Source: an uncultured Acidobacteriota bacterium
GTDB taxonomy: Bacteria > Acidobacteriota > Terriglobia > Acidiferrales > UBA7541
Reading direction: 5' to 3'
Assembly (NCBI GenBank): GCA_963732325.1
Contig: CAVSYZ010000003.1
Location: 31,079-95,078 of the forward strand
Length of the DNA stretch: 64,000 bases
Shown here: one piece after another, positions 38,130 to 47,621 of the stretch
How positions within the stretch are numbered: position 1 is the stretch's first letter
Layout of the letters: each line of letters begins with the position of its first letter
Notes under the pieces: model-generated
Seen by the model: the letters and a program-made list of their open reading frames with translations, nothing else
Database searches by the model: none
What the model was told of the DNA's origin: nothing
Translations under genes and position numbers: made by a program

Positions 38130-41100
38130 ATGAAAGCCAACGAAAATCTGGAGCGAAACGCCGGCCTGAATCCTGGCCAGCGCGCGGCGGTGGAGCACGG
38201 TGATGGCCCGCTGCTGGTGGTGGCAGGCGCTGGCACGGGCAAGACGCGTGTAATCATCGAGCGGATTCGCAATCTGCTGGAGACCAATCCGGATTTGGCC
38301 GGCGAGAGCATTTTGGGGCTCACGTTCACCGACAAAGCCGCCGGGCAGATGAAGTACCGCGTAGTGAAAGCGATCGGTGAACGCGCGGAGGGCGTGTGGC
38401 TGAGTACCTTCCACAAATTTTGCCTGGAAAAAATCCTGCAGGCGACGAATCCGGATTCGCAGCCGCTGGATGAAATTGATCACAAGATTTTGCTGCGGCG
38501 GCATATCGGCGAGCTGGACCTGAAACATTTTCGCAGGCTGCAGGATCCGGGCGAATTCATCAGCGACTTCGTGAAATTCTTTTCGCGCTGCCAGGACGAA
38601 CTGGTGACGCCGGAAGATTACGAGCGATTCGTCACGGGCCTGCGCAAGAAACATGAGGCTGGGAAGAAATTGATGGAGGCCGACGCGCTGCAAATCGCGG
38701 AGGATGAAGTGGCGCGGCAGGAGGAACTGGCGCGAGTGTATCGCATCAGCGAACGCCTACTGCGCGCGCGCAACTTGCTGACATTCGGCGAACAACTGAT
38801 GCATGCGGTACAGATGTTGCGCAGCGACCGTGCCCTGCTGCAGCAGATGCACGAGCAGTATCGCTACATTCTGGTGGACGAGTTTCAGGACACCAACATC
38901 GCGCAGCTCGAACTGCTGTGGATGCTGGCAGGCGAACGGCGCAACATCGTGGCGGTGGGTGACGACGACCAGGCGATTTATCGGTTCCGCGGCGCGTCCT
39001 TTGGCAGCTTCACGATTTTCCTCAAACGATTTTGCGGCGTCACTGACGCGAAGCTCGGTCCCGCCACTAAGAAATTCCTGGTTTCGCTTTCGCAGAATTA
39101 TCGTTCGACGCAGCGTATTCTGCGCGTGGCCGGCGAAGTGATCCGGCACAACGAAAAATCACCGCTGCTGCCGCCCAAAGCGCTCACCACCGAAAATCGC
39201 GAAGGCGAAAAAATACGCATCGCGGAATTTGGCATGCCCGAGGAAGAGGCCCACTGGGTCGCTTCCGAAATCGAACGGCTGCACGCGGCGGGTGCACCCT
39301 GGCGCCATTTCGCCGTGCTGTACCGCAAACATACGCACCGCGAAAAGCTGGTGGATGAATTGCGCCGGCGCGAAATCCCATTTGTGATTCGCAAATTATC
39401 AATTCTATCCAGCACTCTGGTGCGCGATCTGCTCGCGTGGCTGCGGCTGATCGTGGTGCCGGGAGACAACGTGGCTTGCGCGCGCGTGCTGGCCGCGCCG
39501 TACTGGGGACTGGAACCGCGCGACCTGGTGCGCCTGGCGGAGCGCGCCGAAAAAAATCACCGCCGGCCCCTTAGTGACGAACTGGAAACGGCGCAGAATG
39601 AAGCGCCCTTCAACCAGCGCGGGCGGCTCGGAGAGCTGGTGCAGTTGCTAAACCAACTGCGCCAAAGCTCGAAGCGTTCCAGCGCGACGGAATTGCTGGA
39701 CGAGCTGATCGCCGCGCTGGCCCTGGCGCCGCTGCCTTCGGATCAGGATCGCTACTACCTCGATCGCTTCGTGAAGTTCGTGAAGGAGTGGGAGCGCAAG
39801 AGCGAAGAAAAACAGCTGCGGCATTTCATCGAATACCTCGCCTATTTTTACGAAGCGGGCGGCGACATAGCGCTCGAAGAAGAAATTTCCGACGATGCAG
39901 TGCAGTTGATGACCGTCCATTCGGCGAAGGGCCTGGAATTCCCACACGTTTTCATCCTGCGCGTTTCCAAGAACGATTTCCCTTCCGGCCCGCGCAAAGT
40001 AGTTTTCGAATTTCCACCGGAGATGATGAAGGAAGAGCAGCCCAAGGGCGATTTCCAAATTCAGGAAGAGCGCCGGCTTTTTTACGTGGCGTTGACGCGC
40101 GCGGAACGGCAGTTGACGCTTTCGACGCTCGTGAACAAACGCAAGAAGCCTTCTCCGTTTCTCGACGACTTCCTGACCAACGCGAAGATCAAAACGCTGG
40201 ACACGCATCAGCTCTCGCCCCAAGTGCGCGTACCGCCTGCCGTGGAGACGGCCGGACCTGAAGCCGATTCGAGCGATCCGACGCAACTTTTTCCTCCCGG
40301 CAGCGAAGCATCCAAGGCGTATTCGCGCGTGGCGCTATGGGCCAAAGCATTTCATCCGCCGCGCCCCGAGCCGCTGCAATTGAGCGCTTCGGCGATTGAC
40401 GCCTACGACCGCTGCCCGATGCGCTACATGTTCCAGTACGTGTGGGGAATTCGCGGTGGTGCGCACGCCATGGCGACGTTCGGGAACGTGATGCATCGCA
40501 CCATCAAGGAATTCGTCGCGGAGTACGCCAAGCGAAAGAAGGTTCCGTTCGAAGAGGTGTGCGCGATATACGACCGCGAGTGGTGCGCCGCCGGATTCAT
40601 CGATGAGTATCACGAAGAGGAATATCGGAAGGCGGGACGCGAACAGCTCGAAGTGTTTCATCGCAGCTATTGCAGCGCGCCGGCCGAGGTGCTGCATCAG
40701 GAAAAAACATTCGAGCTGCCGCTGGAGCATGACGTGATCGTCACTGGGCGGATGGACCAGGTGAACCGCATCGAAGGAAACCAGGTCGAAATTATTGACT
40801 ACAAAACCGGCAGGCCGAAAGACGTGAAGGCCGCGGCGAAAGATTTGCAGCTCGGCGTGTACGCGCTGGCGGCGGAAAAAGTGTTCGACCTCGATCCGGT
40901 GCGCCTGGTGTTCTACAACCTGATGACCAATGAGGCGGTGGCCGCGACGCGCGACGCCAAAGCGCTGAGAGAGACCAAGGAGAAAATCGCGGAAGTGGCC
41001 GACCTGATTCGCGCCCGCGAATTTCCCGCGAAGCCGGGCTTTGGCTGCGGATTCTGCGATTACAAACCGCTGTGCCCCGCCCACGAGCAGTTGATTTCGA

Positions 41101-41150
41101 TCCGGCTGGCGCAGCAGCCAGCGGGCACGAATGAAAATTCAGATTCCTAG
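38130..41150 (+). CDS. UvrD/PcrA-type SF1 helicase fused to a C-terminal PD-(D/E)XK (Cas4/AddB-like, 4-Cys) nuclease domain
   Basis: LNPGQRAAVEHGDGPLLVVAGAGTGKT (Walker A), ILVDEFQDTN, YRFRGA, QNYRS, VHSAKGLEFPHVFI, LFYVALTRA. C-terminus: CPMRYMF...GRMDQV..IIDYKTG...GFGCGFCDYKPLCP. The start could instead be the GTG at 38112. Confidence 0.88.
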   Translation: MKANENLERNAGLNPGQRAAVEHGDGPLLVVAGAGTGKTRVIIERIRNLLETNPDLAGESILGLTFTDKAAGQMKYRVVKAIGERAEGVWLSTFHKFCLEKILQATNPDSQPLDEIDHKILLRRHIGELDLKHFRRLQDPGEFISDFVKFFSRCQDELVTPEDYERFVTGLRKKHEAGKKLMEADALQIAEDEVARQEELARVYRISERLLRARNLLTFGEQLMHAVQMLRSDRALLQQMHEQYRYILVDEFQDTNIAQLELLWMLAGERRNIVAVGDDDQAIYRFRGASFGSFTIFLKRFCGVTDAKLGPATKKFLVSLSQNYRSTQRILRVAGEVIRHNEKSPLLPPKALTTENREGEKIRIAEFGMPEEEAHWVASEIERLHAAGAPWRHFAVLYRKHTHREKLVDELRRREIPFVIRKLSILSSTLVRDLLAWLRLIVVPGDNVACARVLAAPYWGLEPRDLVRLAERAEKNHRRPLSDELETAQNEAPFNQRGRLGELVQLLNQLRQSSKRSSATELLDELIAALALAPLPSDQDRYYLDRFVKFVKEWERKSEEKQLRHFIEYLAYFYEAGGDIALEEEISDDAVQLMTVHSAKGLEFPHVFILRVSKNDFPSGPRKVVFEFPPEMMKEEQPKGDFQIQEERRLFYVALTRAERQLTLSTLVNKRKKPSPFLDDFLTNAKIKTLDTHQLSPQVRVPPAVETAGPEADSSDPTQLFPPGSEASKAYSRVALWAKAFHPPRPEPLQLSASAIDAYDRCPMRYMFQYVWGIRGGAHAMATFGNVMHRTIKEFVAEYAKRKKVPFEEVCAIYDREWCAAGFIDEYHEEEYRKAGREQLEVFHRSYCSAPAEVLHQEKTFELPLEHDVIVTGRMDQVNRIEGNQVEIIDYKTGRPKDVKAAAKDLQLGVYALAAEKVFDLDPVRLVFYNLMTNEAVAATRDAKALRETKEKIAEVADLIRAREFPAKPGFGCGFCDYKPLCPAHEQLISIRLAQQPAGTNENSDS

Positions 41151-41192
41151 CAGCGCTTGCGATGACGCGTTGTGTGAAAATCGGCATCGCGC

Positions 41193-41233
41193 AAAAAAAA
41201 CGGGGCGTCGCGATTTCTCGTGACGCCCCGTTT
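41193..41233. terminator. Bidirectional intrinsic terminator-like hairpin
   Basis: AAAAAAAA-CGGGGCGTC-(12-nt loop)-GACGCCCCG-TTTCATCT. The minus-strand U-tract is strong (8 U) and the plus-strand one is weaker. It lies between the convergent helicase and VWA genes. Confidence 0.65.
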
Positions 41234-41458
41234 CATCTCCCGATTGGGCTTTTCTGCCTGACCAAGCCCGGGATGTTCCGCGCATGAACTACTGTGGAAC
41301 TTCTCCCCGCGATTCAGCGGCGCCGCAAATTTCACAGCGCGCTTGATTCGCTTCGTCAATCTATAAAGGCCGCCGCCGTTGAAGTCAAGCGGAAAAACTT
41401 TTGCGTGAACGCAATTTATGAAATAGCGGCGCCCCACAAAACGCCGCGCGCAAAAAAA

Positions 41459-42643
41459 TTAATGCAATCCGCTTTGGTAATAACCCTGGCGCGCGGTTAC
41501 GTCCAGGTCCGGGCGGCGCACGCGCACTTCGATGCTATGAAAATCTTTGCTGCGATCCGTGTCTTGCGGCTGGAACGTGATGGTGTACTGATTGCGCGCC
41601 TGTTCGGCGACGGAAGCGTACAGATTTTCCAGTCCGCGATCCTTGCCCGCGTAAAAAGTATCGCCGCCGGTGGAGGTGGCATATCTCTCGAGGCGTGTGC
41701 TTTCCTTCTGGCCAAGCGCGTGGCCCACTGAAATAGAATAAACGGAAACATCGGACTTCTGCAGAAGTTGCAAAGTCTGGTCCAGCGTGTGTTCGTTGCT
41801 GTGGGAATTATTTCCATCCGAAATCAGGAAAATAATTTTGCGACGATCGCGCCCACGGCTCTTGAGCATCTCGCCCGCCGCGTACACGGCGTCGTCCATG
41901 TCCTTATCCTGTTTTTGCTGCTGCACGCCGAGCGTCGTCGGCGCTCCCGTCTCCAGCGAACGTCCGTTGGCAGTGGCGCCAGACGTCAATGGCCCTCCGA
42001 CCGGCGAGCCGGGATAATGAGAATGGAGGTCCAGGCGCTTGAGTTGCGTGAAGAGGAGATCGTTGTTGAAAGAAAATTCCGATACGGTGTGGGGAAATTG
42101 ATCGTAGGTTACCAGCGCCACTTCATCGTTAGGCCCGAATCCACCGGAGATTGCAGTCAAGCTTTTTTGCACTTGGTCGGCAGATTTGATCGAGAGATCG
42201 TCATCAATCAACACGACGGCGGAGAGCGGGTACGGGTCGGAGGTAAAGTAAACAATTTGCTGTTCAACGTTGTCGCAGAACACGCGGAACTCGTCCTTTT
42301 GCAAATCGCCGATCAGCTGCCCGTCGCGATTTTTCACGGTTACTGGAACGATCACCAGGTTCGTGCGGATCTTGATCGTCCCGCGTGTATCCGCCCCTTG
42401 CTTGGGATTCTGCTGCTGCGCCGGAGGTGGCGCCGCTGGTTGCGACTGCCCGGTCTGCGGCTGCGGCGTCTGTACCGGCGGAGCTTGTGGCGGAGCGCTG
42501 GGCTGCGCGGGCGGCGCTGTCTGCCCCGGCTGCACCGGAGGCTTAGATCCCTGCTGCTGCGAACCCGGGCCGGTGGGTTGCCGAGCCCCCGCAAGAGCGC
42601 CGAAAAGTAATACAATACCCAGCGTCGAAATCAATCGGGTCAT
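41459..42643 (-). CDS. Secreted VWA-domain protein, VWFA-related acidobacterial-domain type (paralog 1)
   Basis: Signal peptide, P/Q-rich linker, IKIRTNLVIVPVTVKNRDGQLIGDLQKDEFRVFCDNVEQQIVYF, VWA core, and a C-terminal FHSIEVRVRRPDLDVTARQGYY signature shared by all three paralogs. Confidence 0.85.
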   Translation of the reverse strand: MTRLISTLGIVLLFGALAGARQPTGPGSQQQGSKPPVQPGQTAPPAQPSAPPQAPPVQTPQPQTGQSQPAAPPPAQQQNPKQGADTRGTIKIRTNLVIVPVTVKNRDGQLIGDLQKDEFRVFCDNVEQQIVYFTSDPYPLSAVVLIDDDLSIKSADQVQKSLTAISGGFGPNDEVALVTYDQFPHTVSEFSFNNDLLFTQLKRLDLHSHYPGSPVGGPLTSGATANGRSLETGAPTTLGVQQQKQDKDMDDAVYAAGEMLKSRGRDRRKIIFLISDGNNSHSNEHTLDQTLQLLQKSDVSVYSISVGHALGQKESTRLERYATSTGGDTFYAGKDRGLENLYASVAEQARNQYTITFQPQDTDRSKDFHSIEVRVRRPDLDVTARQGYYQSGLH

Positions 42644-42778
42644 CAGAGATTCTCGTTTCGGCCGAACGGCGCCATTTTAAAATCGTGTGCTCATCTCGCA
42701 GCGGGCACTTTCCGGAAACATCCGCTGGCGCGCTGGGTGCATCGTATCAAACGCTACCGGCTATAGGGAGATTATACA

Positions 42779-43828
42779 ATGCGGCTGACCAGCCTCGCGG
42801 CGGGCTTTTTCACACTAGCACTGGCGGGATACGTAGGCGTTACGACGGAAGCGCCTGCAAAGGGTGCGGCGCAGCCGGCTCCGCACGCGCGGGCCAACCA
42901 GCCAGCGGGCCAACCATTCACTCAACAGAATCCGCAGCAGGATCAGGGGCAGGGTCCTCTGAAAGTTCAAACCAACGTCGTCAACGTGTTCGCCACGGTG
43001 CGCAACAAGCAGCACGGCATCGTCAACGACCTGAACAAGGAAGATTTCAAGATCACCGAGGACGGAGTCGACCAAAAGGTGGAGTTTTTCTCGAAGGAAG
43101 TAAACATGCCGATCACACTGGGCATGCTGATTGACACCAGCGCCAGCATGGACCGGATGATTGACGCGGAACACGATGCCGCATCGCGATTCCTGCGGGA
43201 GGTGATGCGTCCGAAAGACGAAGCGATGGTGATTACTTTCGACTTCGACGTGGACCTGGTCGCTGATTTCACGCAAGACACTTCCGTGCTCGCCAGTGCC
43301 ATTCGCAGCACCCGCGTGAATTCGGTGGGTGGAGGCGGCGTGGTGACGCCCGGCACATTTCCGGGGGGCACTAATGCCGGCGGCACGGACCTCTACGACG
43401 CAGTGTATCTGGCCTGCCACGACCAGCTGGCCACCGAGGCGGGACGCAAGGGTGTGATCATTTTGACTGACGCGGAAGACACCGGGAGCAAATTGCGCAT
43501 GCAGGACGCGATCGAGGCCGCCCAGCGCTCGGACGCCGTAATTCACGTGCTGCTAATTTCGGATCGCATGGCGACATTCGGAACAGGACCCGGCGTGGCG
43601 CACCGCATGGCGGAAGACACCGGCGGGCGCGTGATTGACGTGCACAATGAAAAGTCGCTGGAAAAGGCATTCGACGAACTTTCCGAAGAATTGCGTTCGC
43701 AGTATGTGCTGGGCTATTACCCCACCAACATCAAGCGCGACGGCACGTTCCGCAAGATCCAGGTGACTGTGGCGCGTCCTGATGTGAAGATTCTGGCGCG
43801 TAAGGGATATTACGCGCCGTTCAAGTAG
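42779..43828 (+). CDS. Secreted VWA-domain protein, VWFA-related acidobacterial-domain type (paralog 2)
   Basis: LKVQTNVVNVFATVRNKQHGIVNDLNKEDFKITEDGVDQKVEFF, DTSASM (MIDAS-like), and FRKIQVTVARPDVKILARKGYY. Confidence 0.87.
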   Translation: MRLTSLAAGFFTLALAGYVGVTTEAPAKGAAQPAPHARANQPAGQPFTQQNPQQDQGQGPLKVQTNVVNVFATVRNKQHGIVNDLNKEDFKITEDGVDQKVEFFSKEVNMPITLGMLIDTSASMDRMIDAEHDAASRFLREVMRPKDEAMVITFDFDVDLVADFTQDTSVLASAIRSTRVNSVGGGGVVTPGTFPGGTNAGGTDLYDAVYLACHDQLATEAGRKGVIILTDAEDTGSKLRMQDAIEAAQRSDAVIHVLLISDRMATFGTGPGVAHRMAEDTGGRVIDVHNEKSLEKAFDELSEELRSQYVLGYYPTNIKRDGTFRKIQVTVARPDVKILARKGYYAPFK

Positions 43829-44001
43829 CCGGCGGTTTTCGGTACTTCGTGAGTGGTTTGAATTTACTGCGGAGGCGCAGAGAAAACCGCGACAGTCCGG
43901 GAGCGCGGGAGAGATCCTTCGGCCGGCTTGAAACAAAGACGCCGCCCTTAGGATGACGATGCTCGTCGCATCGTCAGAGAAAATCACGAACGTGAGCAGG
44001 G

Positions 44002-45111
44002 TTACTTGCCCGGCGACGGTGGTACGGTAGGCGACGTAGCGTAATAGCCTTTGCGGGTGCGCACGTTCAGGCCCTTGCGATCCGTCTGCACTTCGATCTT
44101 GCGATATTTCCCCGTGGATTGCGGATTCGAAGGCGAATACGCGATGAAATACTGGCTGCGAAGTTCCGTGCCAATGTCCACGAACGATTGCGCCAGATCG
44201 TCTACCTTATAAGGATAGAAAACCCGCCCGCCGCTCTGATCCGCAAATTCTTCCAGAACTTTGTCGCCGCCTTCCACGTGCATCTTGTGCGGCTTGTCGC
44301 CGTCAATGGCCAGCCAGTCGGTATTGGTGCTGACGCAATAAATCGCGGCCTCGGCACGGATGGCTGCTTCCACGGATTCACTCAGCGCGTGATCGCTTAG
44401 ATTGTCGTCACCGTCGCTGATGACGACCAGCACCCGGCGCACTTCGGGATTCGGTCCCTTGGGCAGCGGAGGATTGGAAAGCTTTTCAGCGGCGCGATAA
44501 ATGGCGTCGTCCAGCGCCGTGCCACCACCGGCGCGCTGTTTGCGAATTGCATCGGAGAGCAGCGCGAGGTCGCCCGTGAAATCCTGAATGACTTCCGGCT
44601 CGTTGTCGAAAGTCATCAGGAACGCCAGGTCCTTGTTTCTGCGGATCACGTGCTGCAGAAAATCGTTGGCCGCTTCCTTTTCGAATTCCAGGCGCGGACG
44701 GATGCTATTGGAAGTATCCAGCAGGATGCCGATGCGCAACGGCAGGTCGGTGTCGCGTCCAAAGTAGCGAATTTCCTGCGGTGTGCCGTCTTCCAGGACT
44801 TTGAAATCACCCTGATCCAGGTCGGTGACGAATTCGTGACGGCGATCCATCACGGTGGCGACGAGGTGCACTAGTCCCGTGGTGGAAGTGATCGGCGGGG
44901 TAGTCGCTTGAGGTGACGCGGGCTTCGCGGGACTCTGTTCCGGGTTCTGCGCCGGCGCGTCGCTGGAGCTAGCCGGGGGACGGGGAGGTGGCGGCGCTTG
45001 CGACGGAGTTTGTTGCGCTCGGGAGGCGTCGGGGAAAATCAGGAACAGCGCCGACAGCAGCAGTATTAAACGCAGGGCCATCGTGCGCAGTGGTCTCACG
45101 CGAATTATCAT
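44002..45111 (-). CDS. Secreted VWA-domain protein, VWFA-related acidobacterial-domain type (paralog 3)
   Basis: LVHLVATVMDRRHEFVTDLDQGDFKVLEDGTPQEIRYF, DTSNSI, and YRKIEVQTDRKGLNVRTRKGYY. The ATG overlaps the rluD stop (ATGA). Confidence 0.87.
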   Translation of the reverse strand: MIIRVRPLRTMALRLILLLSALFLIFPDASRAQQTPSQAPPPPRPPASSSDAPAQNPEQSPAKPASPQATTPPITSTTGLVHLVATVMDRRHEFVTDLDQGDFKVLEDGTPQEIRYFGRDTDLPLRIGILLDTSNSIRPRLEFEKEAANDFLQHVIRRNKDLAFLMTFDNEPEVIQDFTGDLALLSDAIRKQRAGGGTALDDAIYRAAEKLSNPPLPKGPNPEVRRVLVVISDGDDNLSDHALSESVEAAIRAEAAIYCVSTNTDWLAIDGDKPHKMHVEGGDKVLEEFADQSGGRVFYPYKVDDLAQSFVDIGTELRSQYFIAYSPSNPQSTGKYRKIEVQTDRKGLNVRTRKGYYATSPTVPPSPGK

Positions 45112-46157
45112 AGGTAATCCCGCAATGCGGCGTCAATCCCGCCCGGAGCAGATTTCGTGAGCGAGCCGAGAGTCCTGAGGTACGTCAGCAACTCCTGCGG
45201 CAGCGGCGCGCGAAATTCCATGCGCTGGCCCGTGCGGGGATGTTCTAGTGCGATGCGCGCGGCATGCAGAAAGTTGCGTCCCAGGGAAGGTAACTGCTCG
45301 CGCCCGATGGATTCCTGATGCGGCGCTCCGTAGAGAGTGTCGCCGACAACGGGCAGAGCGAGCGCGGAAAAATGCACGCGGATCTGGTGCGTGCGACCGG
45401 TGTGCAGGTCCGCTTCGATCAGTGAAAATGCGCCGAGGCGCAGAAGCAGCCGCCAATCGGTGCGCGCTTCGCGGCCTTCGCTGCGGCGGGCGGTCATGCG
45501 CGAACGGCGGCGCAAATCGCGCGCTACCGGCAATTCGATGCGCCCCTTGTCACCCTTGGCGTTGCCGTGTAAAAGCGTCAGGTAGGTTTTCTGCACGCGG
45601 CGCGCGCGAAATTCTTCCACCAGCTTCAGATGAGCCGCGTCGTTGCGCGCGATCACCATCGCTCCGGACGTTCCTTTGTCGAGGCGATGCACGATTCCTG
45701 GGCGCAGCGGGCCGCCGACGCTGGAGACGCCTTTTTCCACGCCAAAGCGATGCAGCAGCGCGGCGACCATCGTGCCGGTATCCGCGCCCGCGCCGGGATG
45801 CACGATCATTCCAGCTGGCTTGTTAACAATCGCGATATCTTCGTCCTCGTAAAGAATGTTGAGGGGGATATTTTCCGGTTCCACGCCGGGCAGCGGAGGC
45901 GCGGGAATTTCCACGGTGATGGTTTCACCCGATTCGAGGTGATGCGAGGGTTTCTTGGCGATGCCGCTGACGCGCACGCGCCCTTCGTCGATCAGCGACT
46001 GCACGTGCGTGCGGCTCACGTCTGGAAATTGCGCGGCCAGAAAGCGGTCCAGGCGCTGGCCGGCGTCTTCTTCGGACACCACAAATTCATGGTGACGGAG
46101 CGAGTCGTCTGGCGCGTCGAAATTGTCGTCGGTTTCGGTGTCAGAATAATTGTGCAT
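45108..46157 (-). CDS. rluD: 23S rRNA pseudouridine synthase, RluA family (RluD-like) with S4 domain
   Basis: GQRLDRFLAAQFPDVSRTHVQSLIDEGRVRVSG (S4 domain), HRLDKGTSGAMVIA (catalytic Asp), HTGRTHQIRVH. Confidence 0.9.
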   Translation of the reverse strand: MHNYSDTETDDNFDAPDDSLRHHEFVVSEEDAGQRLDRFLAAQFPDVSRTHVQSLIDEGRVRVSGIAKKPSHHLESGETITVEIPAPPLPGVEPENIPLNILYEDEDIAIVNKPAGMIVHPGAGADTGTMVAALLHRFGVEKGVSSVGGPLRPGIVHRLDKGTSGAMVIARNDAAHLKLVEEFRARRVQKTYLTLLHGNAKGDKGRIELPVARDLRRRSRMTARRSEGREARTDWRLLLRLGAFSLIEADLHTGRTHQIRVHFSALALPVVGDTLYGAPHQESIGREQLPSLGRNFLHAARIALEHPRTGQRMEFRAPLPQELLTYLRTLGSLTKSAPGGIDAALRDYL

Positions 46158-46208
46158 GAAGGGATTCGTTGGTTCCGTCAGGAATTCTCGCGCGCGATTG
46201 GTTTCACA

Positions 46209-46231
46209 GGGGCGGGTCTGAGACCCGCCCC
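46209..46231. repeat. Perfect 23-nt palindrome, repeat family 2 (reverse orientation)
   Basis: GGGGCGGGTCTGAGACCCGCCCC is the exact reverse complement of 9951-9973. It lies between the lgt stop and the rluD start. Confidence 0.8.
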
Positions 46232-46284
46232 TAAAGATTCACACAGGAGCGGCGCGGAAAGATATCAGTTAAGCTTGCCCAACC

Positions 46285-47109
46285 CTAATCGCCGGCTGCG
46301 GCGCGCGCTGCCGTCACCGGCTGAATCGGCGCCTTGCCTTGCAGCCCGCGCCACCACAGAAACGCGCCCGTCAGAATCAACACCAGGCTCGTGACCTGCA
46401 TCAGCGAAACGTTGTCATGAAACATCATAGTGCGGCCGGGATCGCCTCGAAAGAATTCGATAATGCCGCGCTCCGTGCCGTACAGCAGCAGGTAAGTCCC
46501 GAAAATTTCGCCCACGAAGCGCTGCCGCTTGCCCAGCCACATCAAAAAAAGGAAATTCAGGAATTCCAACCCCGCTTCGTATAGCTGCGTCGGATGAAGA
46601 TGCACTCCCAGCGGGGTGCCGGCCAGCCGCTCGGCCATGGGATTCTTGAACACGACGCTCCACGCCACTGCGGTCGGCTTGCCGTAGCAGCAACCCGCCG
46701 CGAAACATCCGAGGCGTCCAATAGCGTGGCCGATGGGCAGCGCGGCTGCGCAAGTATCGAGCGTGGGCAGCAGCGCCATCTTTTGGAAATGGGTGTAGAG
46801 CAATATCGTTAGCACGCCGCCGACGACGCCGCCGTAAAAAGTGCCGCCGGATTGAAAGGTGGCGACGCTGAAAATCTCGCGCGGATTCGCCATGTAAAAA
46901 TCCCACGCGCTCAGAATCAGCCAGATTTTCGCCACCAACAGCGCTACCAGGACGAAATAAATCCCCATATTCCAAAGCTTGTCGGGATCGATGCCGGCGC
47001 GGGGCGCCTGGCGGCGGCCGTACCACAAACTGATCAGCACGCCCGTCGCGACGAGCACACCATAGGAATAAATCGGTATGCCAAAAAAATTGAATAGTAT
47101 CGGATGCAT
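46285..47109 (-). CDS. lgt: Prolipoprotein diacylglyceryl transferase
   Basis: MHPILFNFFGIPIYSYGVLVATGVLISLWYG...GRLGCFAAGCCYGKPT...HPTQLYE. Confidence 0.93.
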   Translation of the reverse strand: MHPILFNFFGIPIYSYGVLVATGVLISLWYGRRQAPRAGIDPDKLWNMGIYFVLVALLVAKIWLILSAWDFYMANPREIFSVATFQSGGTFYGGVVGGVLTILLYTHFQKMALLPTLDTCAAALPIGHAIGRLGCFAAGCCYGKPTAVAWSVVFKNPMAERLAGTPLGVHLHPTQLYEAGLEFLNFLFLMWLGKRQRFVGEIFGTYLLLYGTERGIIEFFRGDPGRTMMFHDNVSLMQVTSLVLILTGAFLWWRGLQGKAPIQPVTAARAAAGD

Positions 47110-47111
47110 GC

Positions 47112-47621
47112 CTATGCCGGCTCCTGATTAGGATGCGCCTGCTCGCGAAAGAGTTCCAGCACCACCAGCGCGGCGCCGAGCACGATGGCGGAATCCGCAA
47201 GATTGAATGTGTACCAGTGATGCGCGCCGATGTGGAAGTCAATGAAGTCGGTGACGCTGTGGCGCAGGAAACGGTCCGCCACATTTCCCAGTGCCCCGCC
47301 CAATATGAGCGCGAGGCCGCACTCCCCCAAACGCCCGCCCGCGCGGCCCGTCGCGAGCAACCACAGCAACATGGCGATTACGGCCACGGAAAAAGCGATC
47401 AGCAACGGACCTCTCCAGGGATTTTCGGAATCGGCGAACAGGCCGAACGCGACTCCGGGATTGGTGGTGTGCACCAGATTCAACAGGCCCGGTATCACGA
47501 CGCGCAGCGAGCCTACCGCCGTATGTTTTTCCACCGCGTGCTTGCTGAATTGGTCCGCTGCCAGCGCGCCCAGCGAAATGATTCCCAGCGCGAGGCCACG
47601 AAAACGCGAGGAGACGGGCAT
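47112..47621 (-). CDS. lspA: Lipoprotein signal peptidase (signal peptidase II)
   Basis: NPGVAFGLF, GGALGNVADR, FNLADSAI. The ATG overlaps the ileS stop (TGATG). Confidence 0.93.
   Translation of the reverse strand: MPVSSRFRGLALGIISLGALAADQFSKHAVEKHTAVGSLRVVIPGLLNLVHTTNPGVAFGLFADSENPWRGPLLIAFSVAVIAMLLWLLATGRAGGRLGECGLALILGGALGNVADRFLRHSVTDFIDFHIGAHHWYTFNLADSAIVLGAALVVLELFREQAHPNQEPA

Noticed and set aside
41147-41437. 96-aa minus-strand ORF in the helicase/VWA convergent spacer
   Set aside because: It spans the bidirectional terminator hairpin. It has no SD, odd composition and no homology.
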